Shown: one piece after another, positions 63,846 to 64,000 of the stretch
How positions within the stretch are numbered: position 1 is the first letter of the stretch
How the letters are laid out: the number at the start of each line of letters is the position of its first letter
NCBI RefSeq assembly: GCF_006345805.1
Contig: NC_042997.1
Span: forward strand, 58,962,001-59,026,000
From: Octopus sinensis
Lineage: Eukaryota
DNA: 64,000 nucleotides
Direction of reading: 5' to 3'
Notes under the pieces: generated by a model
Databases searched by the model: none
What the model saw: the letters and a program-made list of their open reading frames with translations, nothing else
Told to the model about the DNA's origin: nothing
Position numbers and translations under genes: made by a program

Positions 63846-64000
63846 TGCCTCTTTCAACCCAGTTTTTTCTCTTCCTTCTATCACATGCTCTCCACTAGGA
63901 CAGTTTTGAAAAAAAATATATTACATTATTGTTTTAATTAGATGTTTTGTAGTTCTTATTTGTCCTTAGCATTCTTGAAACTGCTCTGAGAAGCAAGCAA

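Overview
AT-rich, microsatellite-dense animal DNA, most likely an Octopus species. That call is inferred from the repeat landscape and SINE families, not from a database search. I can support one host gene: NDUFA5 (mitochondrial complex I subunit A5), + strand, five coding exons from 49794 to 59880, 116 aa, all introns GT-AG and phase 0. The first ~49.7 kb has no recognisable host exon. It is a mosaic of transposon remnants: Penelope-like elements with hammerhead-ribozyme-like motifs, RTE and R4/Dong-like LINEs, mariner, Tc1, pogo, hAT, piggyBac-type and foldback MITEs, a probable solo LTR, a Helitron-like element and several tRNA-derived SINE families (labels A-E are my own). Almost all long entries in the supplied ORF track are microsatellite read-throughs. 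I found no clear new multi-gene system. The best leads are several minimal hammerhead-like motifs, a mariner built from two inward-facing left ends, an RTE ORF ending in three C2H2 fingers, a PHD finger inside an RTE reverse transcriptase, inverted repeats flanking NDUFA5 exon 4, a (TTAGGG)n tract ~0.7 kb upstream of NDUFA5, and a sharp CpG-decay boundary near 51.3 kb. All alignments and identities were done by eye.
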